The notes under the pieces: generated by a model
Database searches by the model: none
Told to the model about the DNA's origin: nothing
The model's input: the letters and a program-made list of their open reading frames with translations, nothing else
In this document: in pieces, positions 11,143 through 23,573 of the stretch
How positions within the stretch are numbered: the stretch's first letter is position 1
Layout of the letters: each line of letters starts with the position of its first letter
Assembly: GCA_010909165.1 (NCBI GenBank)
Contig: MU008171.1
Span: 248,001-312,000 of the forward strand
Source of the DNA: Anthoceros angustus
Taxonomy: Eukaryota; Plantae; Anthocerotophyta
Length of the DNA stretch: 64,000 nt
Direction: 5' to 3'
Position numbers and translations under genes: made by a program

Positions 11143-14100
11143 CGTATTTCAGCTACTGCTCACCTCCGGATCGGTGTCCCTTGCATCTTAGCCTCACCGA
11201 ATGCTGCTCCTGCTCCTGCTGCAGTTCCTGGTCCGGTTGCTGCATTGACGGCCAACCTGCAATGCAGGTCACCATGAACCAGACCTGCGGTTTGTGAAAG
11301 TTTGAGCACCAGCCTTGATCGAATCGTGAGAGCAAGCCCCTCTTGATGGCTAGTGTTGATGATGCTGGCTAATGTTGACGCTGCTGGCCCTTACCAGCAG
11401 CACTTGTGACTTGAGCTTGCTTTGCTTGGCTTTGGGACCAACGTGAAATGAATCCATCCAGTCGTGCGCCACGTGCACCTAGTGCAGTTCCCACAATCAA
11501 GTGAAGTCTGTACACGCATCAAAACCCACACACACCATCCCACCTCCGTCTCGGGTCATGCTTTTTACACACAGATGAACCCCTATGTACATGTACACGG
11601 AACAAAACCCACACACACCATGCCACCATCGTCGCGGGTCATGCATCTTAGAACCCCATGTACATACATACTTGTAGTCGGCAACCACCCTTTGCAACGC
11701 CGTTTCACTAACTCTATTCCCTTGCAAGGATTTGAACGAGTCCGGAGGTGGAAGTCTAGTTCCTAACAACAACAACGACAACAACAACAATTTTATTTAT
11801 GTCATGATGGGACAAAGACATACCGTATCCAAGGGGTGCTTCAATAGGATAATGCCGAAATAATTATTTTTTGAAAAAATAAAGTTCAACATAAATATTT
11901 ATATTTTTTAGATTTTCAATATTTACTAAAAATAACTTTATCAATTTTAAAATTTATTAAAATACATAGGTATATATATAAAACTAATGAATATGTATAG
12001 ACCTCCCTTAAACAGGTCCTAATTTTCCATACAAACCCTAGTTTTCTTGTTTTCGGCATCTTAAACTCATAAATTTTTATATATTCAACTTTTTAAGTAT
12101 AATAATTTCCAGATTTTCAAATTTCACTAATTTTAATTAATTAACGCCGAATCACACCTCGGGTACGGTAGTACAGCATACGATGGGACAGAGATAATAT
12201 AATTTAAAAAGAGGTAAAAAACTAAGTACACATATATACATTTAAATTAGAAGGACGGTAACAATGTGTGATGCAAATAAGAAGGCAATTGAGATAATCA
12301 ATCAACCGTGTCATAAAGAGGTTGAAGACGAGGCTCCAAAATAACTAACTCATCACCACGAAAAAAGGCAACCTGTCCCAAGGCACAAGCAGCCTTAAAA
12401 GTAGGCAATTTCTCCTTCTTAGTTTGCCACTACAACGGAATAAGGTCCTCGTTGATATAGAAGGTTGTTTCCCACAAAGTAGTCCTTGCCTTCAAAACCT
12501 CAAGACGATGGTCCAAAGAATAGAAAGTCAACAGTAAAGAAGCTTGTTTCTCACAAAGTAGTCCTTGCCTTCAAAACCTCAAGCCGATCGTCCAAAGAAC
12601 GGAAAGTCAAGAGTAAAGCGCACTCTCAGCGAAGATCCTTTCCTAGCCAAAAGGCACGTGGAATAGCCACGCTAACAACAATGACAATTTCATTCCTTTG
12701 TATGCCCTATGTATCTAGACTACAAGCCCTAACTATCTAAGAATATAATTAGGCTCTAAACATAATTATTATAATGCTTTACACCCTTCAAGTGGCCATT
12801 AAGAACTAAAGATAAAAGAGCCTTTAGGCAATACACAAGGATAGCTAATTCCATCTACATTAATTCAATATGAAAAGGAGAACATGAAAGGCATTATGAG
12901 TTGGAGCCCTTTATAATTCAAATTTTTGGTAGAATTTTTCTAGAGTACTGCCTATACAATCAAAGAAAATCCGACCAAATGCACATCTAATGTTAAAACT
13001 TGGGTTGTACAAAGAACTACATTGCCGGCGGATTCAAGATAGAGAATAATATAATCTTTAAATGGTGATAAATAATTATATTATATTTATGTCATGATAA
13101 ATTTGATGCAAAATACCCTAGAAGCTAGTCTCAATGCAAAATAGTCATTCTCTAGCTTAATTCTTGAAGTGCAATTATATAAGGGATATTCTTTTCACTC
13201 TTTGTTTCTATATGTATCTTGGTTTCCCAACATGTATGTACATTGTGCAAGCATTAAGAATGGCACTTGTGGGAAAACGTAGATGATAATGAATGATAAT
13301 AAATATTTTATTTAAATATATTAAAATATTTTTCAAGAATAATAAACATATTTGGATAATTCAAGTTTAGGAGTGAAAAATAAATTTTATAATGTGTACA
13401 TACTACCTAATTGATCTACTATTATAATTTTATTTGATGTTTGTTGTATATTGTAATATATAATAAATATTAATTAAATAATTTATGTTATGAGGATTAG
13501 GTATTTGAAAATTGTCCTCTATCTGAAGGATATAAAAGACCACTATGGCTTGTTGTAGTCTATATTGATTAATAACGTTCATTGTTATCATGGCACAATG
13601 TAAGAGTAGATATAATCTATCGAAAGAAAGAAGACCATAGATATGGATTATGGATCCTAAAACTATGACGTTACGTTCTTGAAACTTTGGAAAAGATATA
13701 GATTTTAAAGGAAGGGAATAAAGACTTTATAGATATGCAGAGATTGGGAAGTCCCATCTCTTTCCGAGGGGGTGGGGAACAACCCACTAGAGAGCCCCAG
13801 CCAAAGCGGACTAGCCCTTATAAATTTTTAATAGAAATCTAACTTTGAGGATTGAATATTGGTAATAAATGAGGATGTCATAGATGATTTCTTTATGCCA
13901 AAATAAAGAAGGCCAAGTAGTGCGCCATGCAAATGAGAAACACAATTGCATACCATCAAAGGAATGAATCCATTTTTTCCCAAGATCAAAGAATTAATGT
14001 TAGTTCAAGTTCCCAGAAGAACTACACCTACATCTCTTCAAAAGTCTAAGGTTTTGCTGAAAGGTTGAGTACTTTAATCTCCCTCAATTTTATGGAGCTT

Positions 14101-14767
14101 ACGATACTCCCTTTCCACGTGCTCAACTATCATCACAACTCCAGAGTCAACTAAAGTTTTGAAGTCAGGTATTACTTTATACTTTTGGGCTATATAAATC
14201 CCCACAAATGTGCCCAAAGTGAAGGAGCATGCATTTACAAAGAAACCCATTTAGATTAATACCTTCCTATCTCACTAATTGATTTACACACACACCCATC
14301 TAGAGTATTCTCTCAAGTTACCAATGAACCCATGAAGAATAATCCTTCATGGTTTTCAATTGACAGAAACAACTTCTTCATCTCGTTCTTTTTTTGAGTA
14401 AGACATAAATACTAATTTTTAAGCAAAAATCATCCCATGTTTGTATTTAAACTGACTACATAGAAACAGCAAATTATTAATCTGCTTCTTAATATTATAA
14501 GATAAAACCCTTAGACGACTCTCATTAGCATTATAGGTATCAACAATACTGAAAGATTGTGTGCGTGCGTTTCCGGGTTTTGAAGGAAGGAATCGGTTAG
14601 GACAGGATGTGGTACGATATAATTGGGGGTGGATGAAGAGGTACATAACAGGGGTCCACGGTTGCGGCCAGATTTGATTTAATATATTATTATTCAAGGG
14701 TGGGTGGGTGGCTGGACAAATAAACTCAAAGAAATTGCAATTAGGGAATATTGAGAAGCAGGACAAA

Positions 14768-17493
14768 ATGCTGGAGCGGAGGAAGAGCTCGTCGTCGTCG
14801 ACGTCGGGTTCTTTCGGATTGGGAGGCAGCGGGGGCAGTTGGGGCGGCGGCGGGGGGAGCGTGGCCAGCGCAGACGAAGCTCTGGCCGAATCGGCTGTGG
14901 AATTTCAGGTGGAAGAGGAGCAGGTTGCGAAGGGGGTAGAGCTCACATACTCGGATAAGCTGAACGAAGCCGAGGAGTACTTCGATACGCTGAGGGTCGG
15001 CCATGCTCGCTTCAGCCTGCACTACGCGGAGGTGGCCACCATCGTGGCCCTCATGTCCTACGACCAGGACGATATCAGCCGCGCCACAGCGCTCTTGAAC
15101 GAGACGGAGGTGCTAGCTGTGCAGCAGGCGCAGAAATGGAAGAGCCACAGCAACCTGCGCAAGGTGAACGAAGCCGTGACCAACATCAAAAAATGGGCCA
15201 TCGGCAACACCAAGAAGATGGGGCAGGCCATCGGCCAGGCCCTGCCTCTCCAGATCCCGCTCCCTCGCCCGGGAGGCGGATCGGGCTCCGCATCCTCTGC
15301 TTCCGTTCCCAACAGTCCCGCAAACCCTAACCCTAATCCTGGCAGCAATGCCGCTGCCATGCCGTCGCCGGAGGATGCAGAGGAGGAGGCGACGGAGGAT
15401 GTGTCTCACAGCAAGGAGGACCTGAAATGGATCCATCGCTCCCGCCGCGCGCGCCTCTGGGCCCTGCTCTTCCAGGCGGAATGCTACCTCATGAACTCGC
15501 TCCTGCAGATCGTGGGAGCCGGCGAGAGCTGGAGCACCATGATGAAGCTAGGGTACAGTCTGCAGCGCACCTGGAGCATCTACAGGCACTGCCAGGCCAA
15601 GCTCCGGCAGCTGTACAAGCAGTGGGTAGAGCTGGACGGCTCCTTCGGCCTGCCCCCGGCAGCCATGGCGGCCGCAACAGCAGCAGCAGCAGCAGCGCAA
15701 GTCGCAGGAGGAGCGGGCGTCGGGACTGGCAGCAGCCGCAGTAGCGTCCAGGACGCGGCCGCGGCTGGACGCGTCCTGGAGCACTCAGTCTCGCTTCCTC
15801 CCAGGCCGCCCCCGGCGTACGAGGAGGGCAGCAAGGCGCTGAAGTGGAACCAGAAGGCGGACGCCGTCCCCGGGGCGGAGCCCGGGGCGGGGGCGCCGCC
15901 CTCTGCCGCGACCGGGCCCGGGGACGAGTTGGAGGTGCTGGACGCGGGGAAGGGCGTGCGGGAGGACCGGGAGCTGAGCCGGCTGCGGATGGGAGTGGAG
16001 TTCGGGGCGGGGGCCTTCAACCTCATGGTGTCCCTCATCCCCTCCACGTACCAGAAGGCGGTGGAGGTGATGGGCGCGCCGGCCGACCGGTCGCGGGGGC
16101 TGTCTCTTCTGCAGAAGGTGGCGCGGTCGCAGCACCCCCGGGCGCCGCTCGCGTCCCTCTTGCTCCTTCACTACCACACTGTTGTGATGGGGCTCTTCCC
16201 GTACGCGCCGGAGCACAGCAGGAGCGCGGAAGCTGCCCTGGCGGCTTTGGCGCCATCGCTGGCCCAGGCCACGCTCTTCAAGGTGATGCGCTCCCGCCTC
16301 TGCCGTTACGAGGCGCCGTCTCCAGGGCAGTGGAAGTGGCGGGTCCTCTGCCATCTCCCGGAAGCAGCCAGAACTGGCTGGAAGAGCAGGGAATCAATCG
16401 CCGGCTCCGGCACGCTCTTCTGGACGAGCTGGGATGGTGTCTGCTTCTGCAAGGGGATTTCCGCAAGGCAGCAGACTGTTTCCGGCAGCTCTTCCAGGAC
16501 ACGGTCTGGTTCAAGCCCATGTATGCTTACCTACAGGCGGCCTGCATGTGGGATGCGGAGGATCCGCAGCTGCGGGACGAGGCGGCCGGGCTGTTTCGTG
16601 ACATCCCCATGCTGGCTTCAGCCAAGAAGCTGGCGCTGGAGCCGGTGGAGCAGCTCGGGGTGAATGTGGCAGCCGCATTTGTGGGTTCCAACCAGGCGCC
16701 CCTCTTCCCCGCCCTGGAGCTGGCCGCGTTCTACAACGGGTTCCAGCAGATGGAGAAGCCGGCTCTGGAGCGGCACCGGCAGAATGTGGAAGACTGTCTC
16801 AGGTCCAGCCGGCTCGGGAAGCGGGGATCCGATTTCGTGGACGAGTTCAAGATGAATGCCCTGGACCAGGTGGTGGGCGTTGTGTCTGCCAAGCCTGCCG
16901 ACTCTGCTGAGGCCAGCAGCGGCAAGGCCAGCAGCACGGGTGCTGCTGCTGCTGCTCCCGCCCAATTCGAGCACAAGTGGTCTAAGGTGAGCAAGCTCAG
17001 CTGCAGGTACTTGCTGGCGTTGTGCCAGCTGAACCTCGGGGAGAAGCAGGCCGCCGTGGACAACTTCCGGTACGTTGTTGCTGCCACGGACGTGGTGCCT
17101 GGCAACGTGGTGCCCTACAGCTGCTACGAGCTCGGGTCTCTCATGCTCCAGGCTGATCACAAGTCGGAGGAAGGGTTCGAGCTGCTGGATCGCGTGAGCT
17201 CCTACCCGCCCCATGAATTCCAGAGCCGCCTCAAGTTCATCATCACTGAAACCATCAGGATGTATGGGGGGACTTTGCCCGAGCCCAAGCCTGACCCTGC
17301 CGATCCTGATGCCCCGCCTGGCGCCCCCGGGCTGGATTCCAAGAAGAGCAATATCTTCTCCAAAGCCGCCGTCAACCTTGGCAATCTGGGGAATTTGGGA
17401 AACCTGGGCAATATCGGTAATAACCTGGGCAATATTGGTAATAATCTGGCTAACATGAACCCATTCAGCAAGAAGGGAGGTGGCGACGCTTAA
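14768..17493 (+). CDS. TTC39: TTC39/IML2-family (DUF3808) TPR-like protein, apparently intronless, with one apparent frameshift near 16310
   Basis: Motifs AECYLMNSLLQI...KLGYSLQRTWSIY, GVEFGAGAFNLMVSLIP...VEVMGAPADRSRGLSLL...RAPLASLLLLHYH, LLDELGWCLLLQGDF, YAYLQAAC, PYSCYELG and HEFQSRL are typical of TTC39/Iml2. ORFs 14708..16663 and 15844..17493 join with one added base near gaggcg (~16307). Confidence 0.78.
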
Positions 17494-19933
17494 AATGAAA
17501 TCCTCCTCATCCAACAACGACATCCAGCCCAAAGAGAACCTATCACAAATATCATGGAAAGGCAAGAGGTAGATATACCTTGACAACTAGCACCACTTCT
17601 ACTACCATATCTCATACAATGTGGCTTCGCCACAGCGAAATAAACAGATTCCAACACTCTCTCCACGTAGATTGAGATCTCTTCTTACATGATTGTCACC
17701 AGAAAGAGCAAGCTTTCAACCTCACAGCAAGGAACTGCCAACTCTAGGATGTTCTCCCGTCGGGTACCATTTCTGCAGAAAAGCTTATCAGAACAGCCAA
17801 CCAAATTTGGGTGCAGAACAATACAGTACAATTTGTGACCATGTATGTTTGTACCTGGTGGCTTGGTCTTCCGACTCCTGCAGCTTTCTTATCCCGGTAT
17901 AGTGTGGGTATGGAAGTTAAAATCTTGTTCCCAGCTTGAACCACACTCCTGCTGGTAGGTCATTGTGCCAAGCCAACCATGTTCAAAATCAGATGCAGAA
18001 TAGCCGATGGCCCTTCTGTTTCTCTGTATAACCGAAGTACTTTACTGCCAACTCTTACGCGGGTGGTGTCATTTGAAGCTTTCCCAATCACTGTCCGTGT
18101 GCCATCCCATGATCGGTCTGCATCTACTTTCTTGAATTTCCCACTATTGCAATCCTTTCGTTGGTTTCTGGGGTTTGGACGTGTTGAAACTTGAGGATTT
18201 CCATCGTCTTTCCTTGAAGTAGTCTCGGATTGTCTTGGCATACTCTCTATTCTCTGATCCGCCTGCGCTTGGCATCGACAGTTCACCATCTCTGGGACAA
18301 CTTGGGCTACCAGAGAAGGAGACTTTGAAACCTCGACTGCCCTTTTAGTTGGATCGGCTTACAAGTGGTTATGAGTGTGCCCTCGGCATAAACCCCGCAT
18401 AGCATAACCAGCTTACAGGCTCTGCAGTCCGTGCTAGGCTATACAGCAAACAAGCATTCCTGTGCCTCCTCCTCCTCCCCCTACTCCTCAGTAGTGGACA
18501 AACCTACATCAAGAACGGCACAAGCATCCTCCACTCATCATCACGCGATTGAACTTGCTGCACCTTCCTTGCATTGCATGCGTGCACAAAACTTGCTCCT
18601 GCACTCCACTGCCAGCAGTGTGGAATCGGATGCACGCTTTTGCTTATTCTTGAAACTTGCCAGAAGCCAGATATACATATATGTATATGGATCAGCAGGA
18701 TCAAATTTTGAGCGCTTGCGGTGGGTGGACATAAAATGGCCATGCCCTCAGCTCTGCTGCTGCTGAGCTGCGCTTTGTTGCAACTTGCAAGCCCAGTCCA
18801 TGACGTCATCGGACTCTGGTCCCCAACCGGATCCGCAAGTTTTGGGACTGTCTTTCCTGTGTCCCCAGATGCGAACGAACTCTGGAGGATACATGCCCTT
18901 CATGTGGCAAATTAGCCCATATTGGCAAACTCTCTAGCGTGCACACGCGGGGGTATATGAGTCGATGCTCTTCTGTTATCCTAGTTATTTCACTCTAACC
19001 TATGAAGTTGCCCTTGAGGCGTGGGGGTGCCCATTTGTAATACGGCATAGTTTTGGAACGGGGCCGGCATAGTTTAGGGACGGGGCCAATGCGACGTTGA
19101 GCCCTCCACCAACAATTCTAAGGAGCGTTCGGTAAAGGCTGTATACGCGCACCTTGACCTGCACGACACGGGTTCAGCACTGTACGGATCGGATGGCTAC
19201 CACCGAACTCAACTAACACCTTGCGAGGATTGAGCCTATTATGGAAGGGGCCTTCGTCCGCTTACGAGCTCGCCCTTTGCTCCACTCCTCACAAGAATCT
19301 GCAAGCATCTGTTCCACAGTCTTCGACTGGATATTGTATGGTGCAAAAGATGCTGACGTCACGAACGACTTGTTATTAAATGTCCAGTAGATGCACCTTA
19401 AGTGGGTGCCACACGCTCCCACATAACCATCTGATATTTCAGAGCGTCCTTGACCGCCTCCTTGGCTGGGTCGCCTGCATGCCACACCACCAGTGTGCAA
19501 ATTCACGATTCTACATCTGCCGGAAGCAAAGCTGCCCATGTACAGCCCATTACACACCTGTTGTTTGGATCTGCACGTTGCACTCGACTCTGCGAAGCAT
19601 GTGGGACGCCGTAACCTCATTCGGCAGGCAGGATTAGGGAAACCCAATATGCAAGGGACAGCAGCACAAACTTGAACTCCAGCAGCTGCAGCTGGAGGGT
19701 AGCATCCTGCTTTCCTCCTCGTTCAGCACGAATCGGAAAGAACTGCCCAGGGTGTGGTCCTCTCCCGAGAAGAGGAGAAGAAAAGGTGGCCTCACTGGCG
19801 TCAGACTCAGAGCCCAGTTCCTGGGTGCCTGCCATCTCCAACCCACACAGATTTTGGAGCAGGTGCGACAACCCACAAGCGACATCCAGAAACGGGTAGG
19901 TGGCTAGACCTTTGGAGTGACCACAGGTGACCA

Positions 19934-21437
19934 TCACTTCACCCGATTTCTGAATGTGAATTTGACATCCTTTGGGTCAGTGGCACTTCGTTTCGCAGTG
20001 ATCTTCACCACCGCTCCATCCGAGAGAACACGTTGTAGCACACGAGCAATATTGTGAGCATCATCCAGTCCCAGATGATGGCTGCCTTGTATATGCATTT
20101 TCAAGCCCTTGAGCATTGCCAACATCCCTCCTGCCTGTAGGTTAGCAACATCAGATACAGTAGCCTCTTCAAGGTAGAGCAGAGCAGCAGGTGAAACGAA
20201 CTACAGAGCGAATTACAGAGCATACCCTCTGATCATAGAAGTTCAGGTAGATATCTTTGAGGTTGACCCACTCGTGAAAGTATGGAGGAACTGCGATTTC
20301 GGACGACACACACTGTTCGGGGATTTTTGTCTTCACATCCCAATTCCCGCTGGTGCCCACATGTAGCAGCATACACTTTGACATCAAGAACAGACCTTGA
20401 CATGATAGGAAACGCATTTTTCTCACACTGCTGCTATGTATGCCTCTCACCAGGTGACAAATGCCGCACGTCTCATCTTCCCACGTTTCGTTGGATTCCA
20501 CAAACTATGGCTTCTCAACCACTCTTCAAAGTTCCCGATTACCTGGGTAAAGGGCACAGCTGTATCATGCCACACCCTAGCAAAGGAGCAAGCTCAAGCA
20601 GGTTAGCCGTTCATGCCAGCACAGACGCTGAAGGGAAGAAAGTGAGCAAAACAAAACCCCGACCTTGGTCTTCTCACCTGTCAAGACCCCAACGTCCATA
20701 CTTCCCCTCGATGTACTCTGTGATTCTCTGTTCAGACATTTTCACGGGCCTCACGAACCTGCACTAGAGCAGCACAAGATGTGAGAGCCATTCCTCCTCC
20801 ACAGTGGCAAGGCAGGTCTCCAGGAGTACAGTACTGACTACCTGTGAAAGCGGTCGACTACTGCCAAAGTCCGAGCATCCAGAAGCACCACAGGAAATTC
20901 AAGAATTTCCACCCGGCCCTCCAGATCCAGCACCAGAAAGTAGTCAAATGGCTGTGGACAGAGCTTCTCCAAGTACGATGGCTTCACAGGAAGATCTGGA
21001 TACAAGTGCGTGAATTTTGCAACATGTTCTGGATCATCTGCCTGCCCAAGAAACCCCATAACAGGATGTCAGCACAGGTCATAGGGAGGGAAGGAAGGAA
21101 CAAGGACATCCCTGGTGGTGAGCGGCGGACATCTTACAAGAGTACAAAGACCTTGCGTGAAGTAGAGGCAGAGATGCTTGTGTCTGCGAGGCCCGTTCTC
21201 AGTCTCCCAAGTCTCGTCCTCCGTCGATACTGGTACTCCAGAGGCAGAGGAATCCAGCTCCACATCCGCCTCTGTGATCGAGCTTGCTCGTCTGAGGTGC
21301 TGCCCAAAGTGGTGCGGCCATTGCCGGTGCCTGTCTTGGGAAGGCACAGGTGATACACGCGCACCCACTGACACCCACGGCCGTCTCCGAGGAAGCGCGA
21401 ACATCACGGGCAGCAGCTGCAGGGCTCGTACTGCCAT
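19934..21437 (-). CDS. ERI1-like DEDDh 3'-5' exonuclease with N-terminal C2H2-type zinc finger (At3g15140-like)
   Basis: Spliced exons give CLYFTQGLCT..DDPEHVAKFTH, YFLVLDLEGRVEILEFP (ExoI), FVRPVKMSEQ, CGNWDVKTKIPEQC, WVNLKDIYLNFY and GSHHLGLDDAHNIARVLQR (ExoIII). Confidence 0.87.
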
Positions 21438-21518
21438 CACTCTTCTTCTTGTGGCGAGGTGGGCGTTAGGAAGAGAGGAGGCTTTGGAACGTCTTTGATT
21501 CTATTCAGTAGACCAGCA

Positions 21519-23259
21519 ATGCCTTCTTGGCTGGAAGACATCCGGGGGCGCCAGGAACCCGCGTGGCCCTGCCAAGACCTTTCCCCTCTCAGTTTGCTGG
21601 CATCCGCTGCTCGTGATGTCCCTGCAACGCTGCAGCACTTGCCTCTCGCACGCCTCGATCTGGAGCGCGTTTGGAGCTCCAATCCCTGGAGGCGACAATT
21701 GGCTCAAGGATTGGAAGCAGCCTTCAATGTCCTGAAACAGCCTGCACATGAGGGAGCACGAGCCCACAATTTCGGTCTCATCTCCCAGAGCGGGGAGCAG
21801 CTGAAGGATTTGTTTGGACGCCGTAGACAGCGGGTGAAGCTGAGTCTGTCATCGTGGAGGCCTCTCCAGGGAGAAACCTTGGCAATTCTGGTCTCCGTGC
21901 CGCCTCCACGGGGCTTCCTGGACTGGCTAAGTGCTGCCATCAGGTAAGGTGAGGTGGTTTCACTGTGTTCCTGTTGCTCTGTATGTGGAAAGGCATGTAC
22001 GAAAGGCATGGTTCCTGACGAGCCAGCCATTCCCTGTAGGCAGCATTGGCCCCAGCAGCCTTTAGTTCAGATAATCTATGGAGGATCAGAAGTGTGCGCT
22101 TACCCAGCGGATACCGGCCTTTGGAGGGCCCTTGTCCCCACTACCCCCCTCAATGATCCTGGCATGCGACCACTTACTGTGAGCCTTCGTCCATTTTCCA
22201 GTTGTGTGTGAGTCTTTCTGTTTTGGGGACGCCGTGCTTGTTTTCCACATGATGGCAGACAGGAACTCATATGTGATCCAGAGAGCTTCTTTGGGTAGGT
22301 GGACGTCAAAGATGGAAGACACGAGATGTACAACGGCTTTGTGGAGATCCGTTCCAAGGATTACCCTGTGGAGTCCATCTGGTTAAGTGAGCCAAAGTCG
22401 GGAATTCAAGGTAAGGTGCTCCCTCCCTATACACTCTACTCTGTACGGCTTCAGGAGTTTGTGATCTCTTCACCATGCCTAACCATGGCCCTGCTTCTCT
22501 ATTGCAGGAACTGCGGCTGAAAGAGAAGCTGTGAAGGCTCTCCTATCTAGCAGGTCCCAGGAGCAGTACTGGAATGGCCCATTTCAGTTGCCAGCTTCAG
22601 GGGAAGTGACTGCAGCATATGGTCTCCAACGTTTCTACAATGGTGTCTTTGCGGAAGGGTGGGTAAACTTCCGAGCAAAGGTGGCAGACTATGTCCTGGG
22701 GTTGGAAATATTAACGCTCTCTTGTAATCTTTGGGATGCATGTGCAGCTACTACCATCGTGGTGTGGACTACGGAGCTGACGAGGGAACTCCTGTCACAG
22801 CTCCAGCCACTGGCGTTGTTGCCCTTGTGGGCAGAGAGGAAGATGGCTTTGAGCTGCACGGTAACTGCGTTGGACTGGACCACGGCCAGGGAGTCATCAG
22901 CATGCTCATGCATCTTTCCTCCGTCTCTGTGCAGTAAGTCGATGCTCTTTTCGATCACCGCGTTGTTAAAGGCCACTGCAAACGTTGTGGCTGTTAAAAG
23001 CTCGTGGACCTGTCTGTGTGTGCAGGAAAGGGATGGTGGTGCAGGCAGGACAAGGCATTGGTCGTGTAGGCCAGAGTGGCCTGGCAACTGGTCCCCATCT
23101 CCACTGGTAAGTAACCTCGTTTCTCCTCGTGTTCTGGTGGGTACTGGTCGCAAGCAACGTAAATTGGCCACTAATCCTTATGCTGTTGCCAGGGGTCTGT
23201 TTGTGAACGGTGAAGCAGTAGATCCCAATCCGTGGATGAAGGAACAGCCATGGTTATAA
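21519..23259 (+). CDS. Peptidase family M23 (MepM/NlpD-like), cyanobacterial type
   Basis: Multi-exon: QYWNGPFQLPASGEVTAAYGLQRFYNG, YYHRGVDYGADEGTPVTAPATGVV (HxxxD), HGNCVGLDHGQGVISMLMHLS, GLATGPHLHWGLFVNGEAVDPNPW (HxH). Start codon uncertain. Confidence 0.88.
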
Positions 23260-23573
23260 TCACCGCAGACTGTATATCCACACTGAGAGCATAGTTGACA
23301 ATTGACAGAAGTAACACTTTACTGTAGGACATCAGATAGATACATCGTACATGCGTACTGACTGACAAAGGAAGTGTAGTCTGCACGAGTTCCAAAGCCA
23401 CTTTCAGAGAGTCTGTATGTACATATGTTTCGCTGTGTCATGGTGGTACATGTGTAAACAACAGCTGCCCTGCAGTTGTCTCTTTTGGAGCCATACCGTC
23501 AGTGAGTCAGGAGACGTACCTCATATGCAAGGAAGTCTGAAGACCATTTGTATCACCAATTGGAGCTTGTTAG

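Noticed and set aside
11790-14700. AT-rich region with short direct repeats (about 12473 and 12553) as a defined transposon
   Set aside because: No TIR, TSD, LTR or transposase motif could be identified.
17700-19900. Short ORFs 17960..18289, 18721..18915 (signal-peptide-like), 19213..19647 and 19634..19885 as genes
   Set aside because: No recognisable domain or convincing spliced model; may be UTR or decayed sequence. RNA-seq would be needed.
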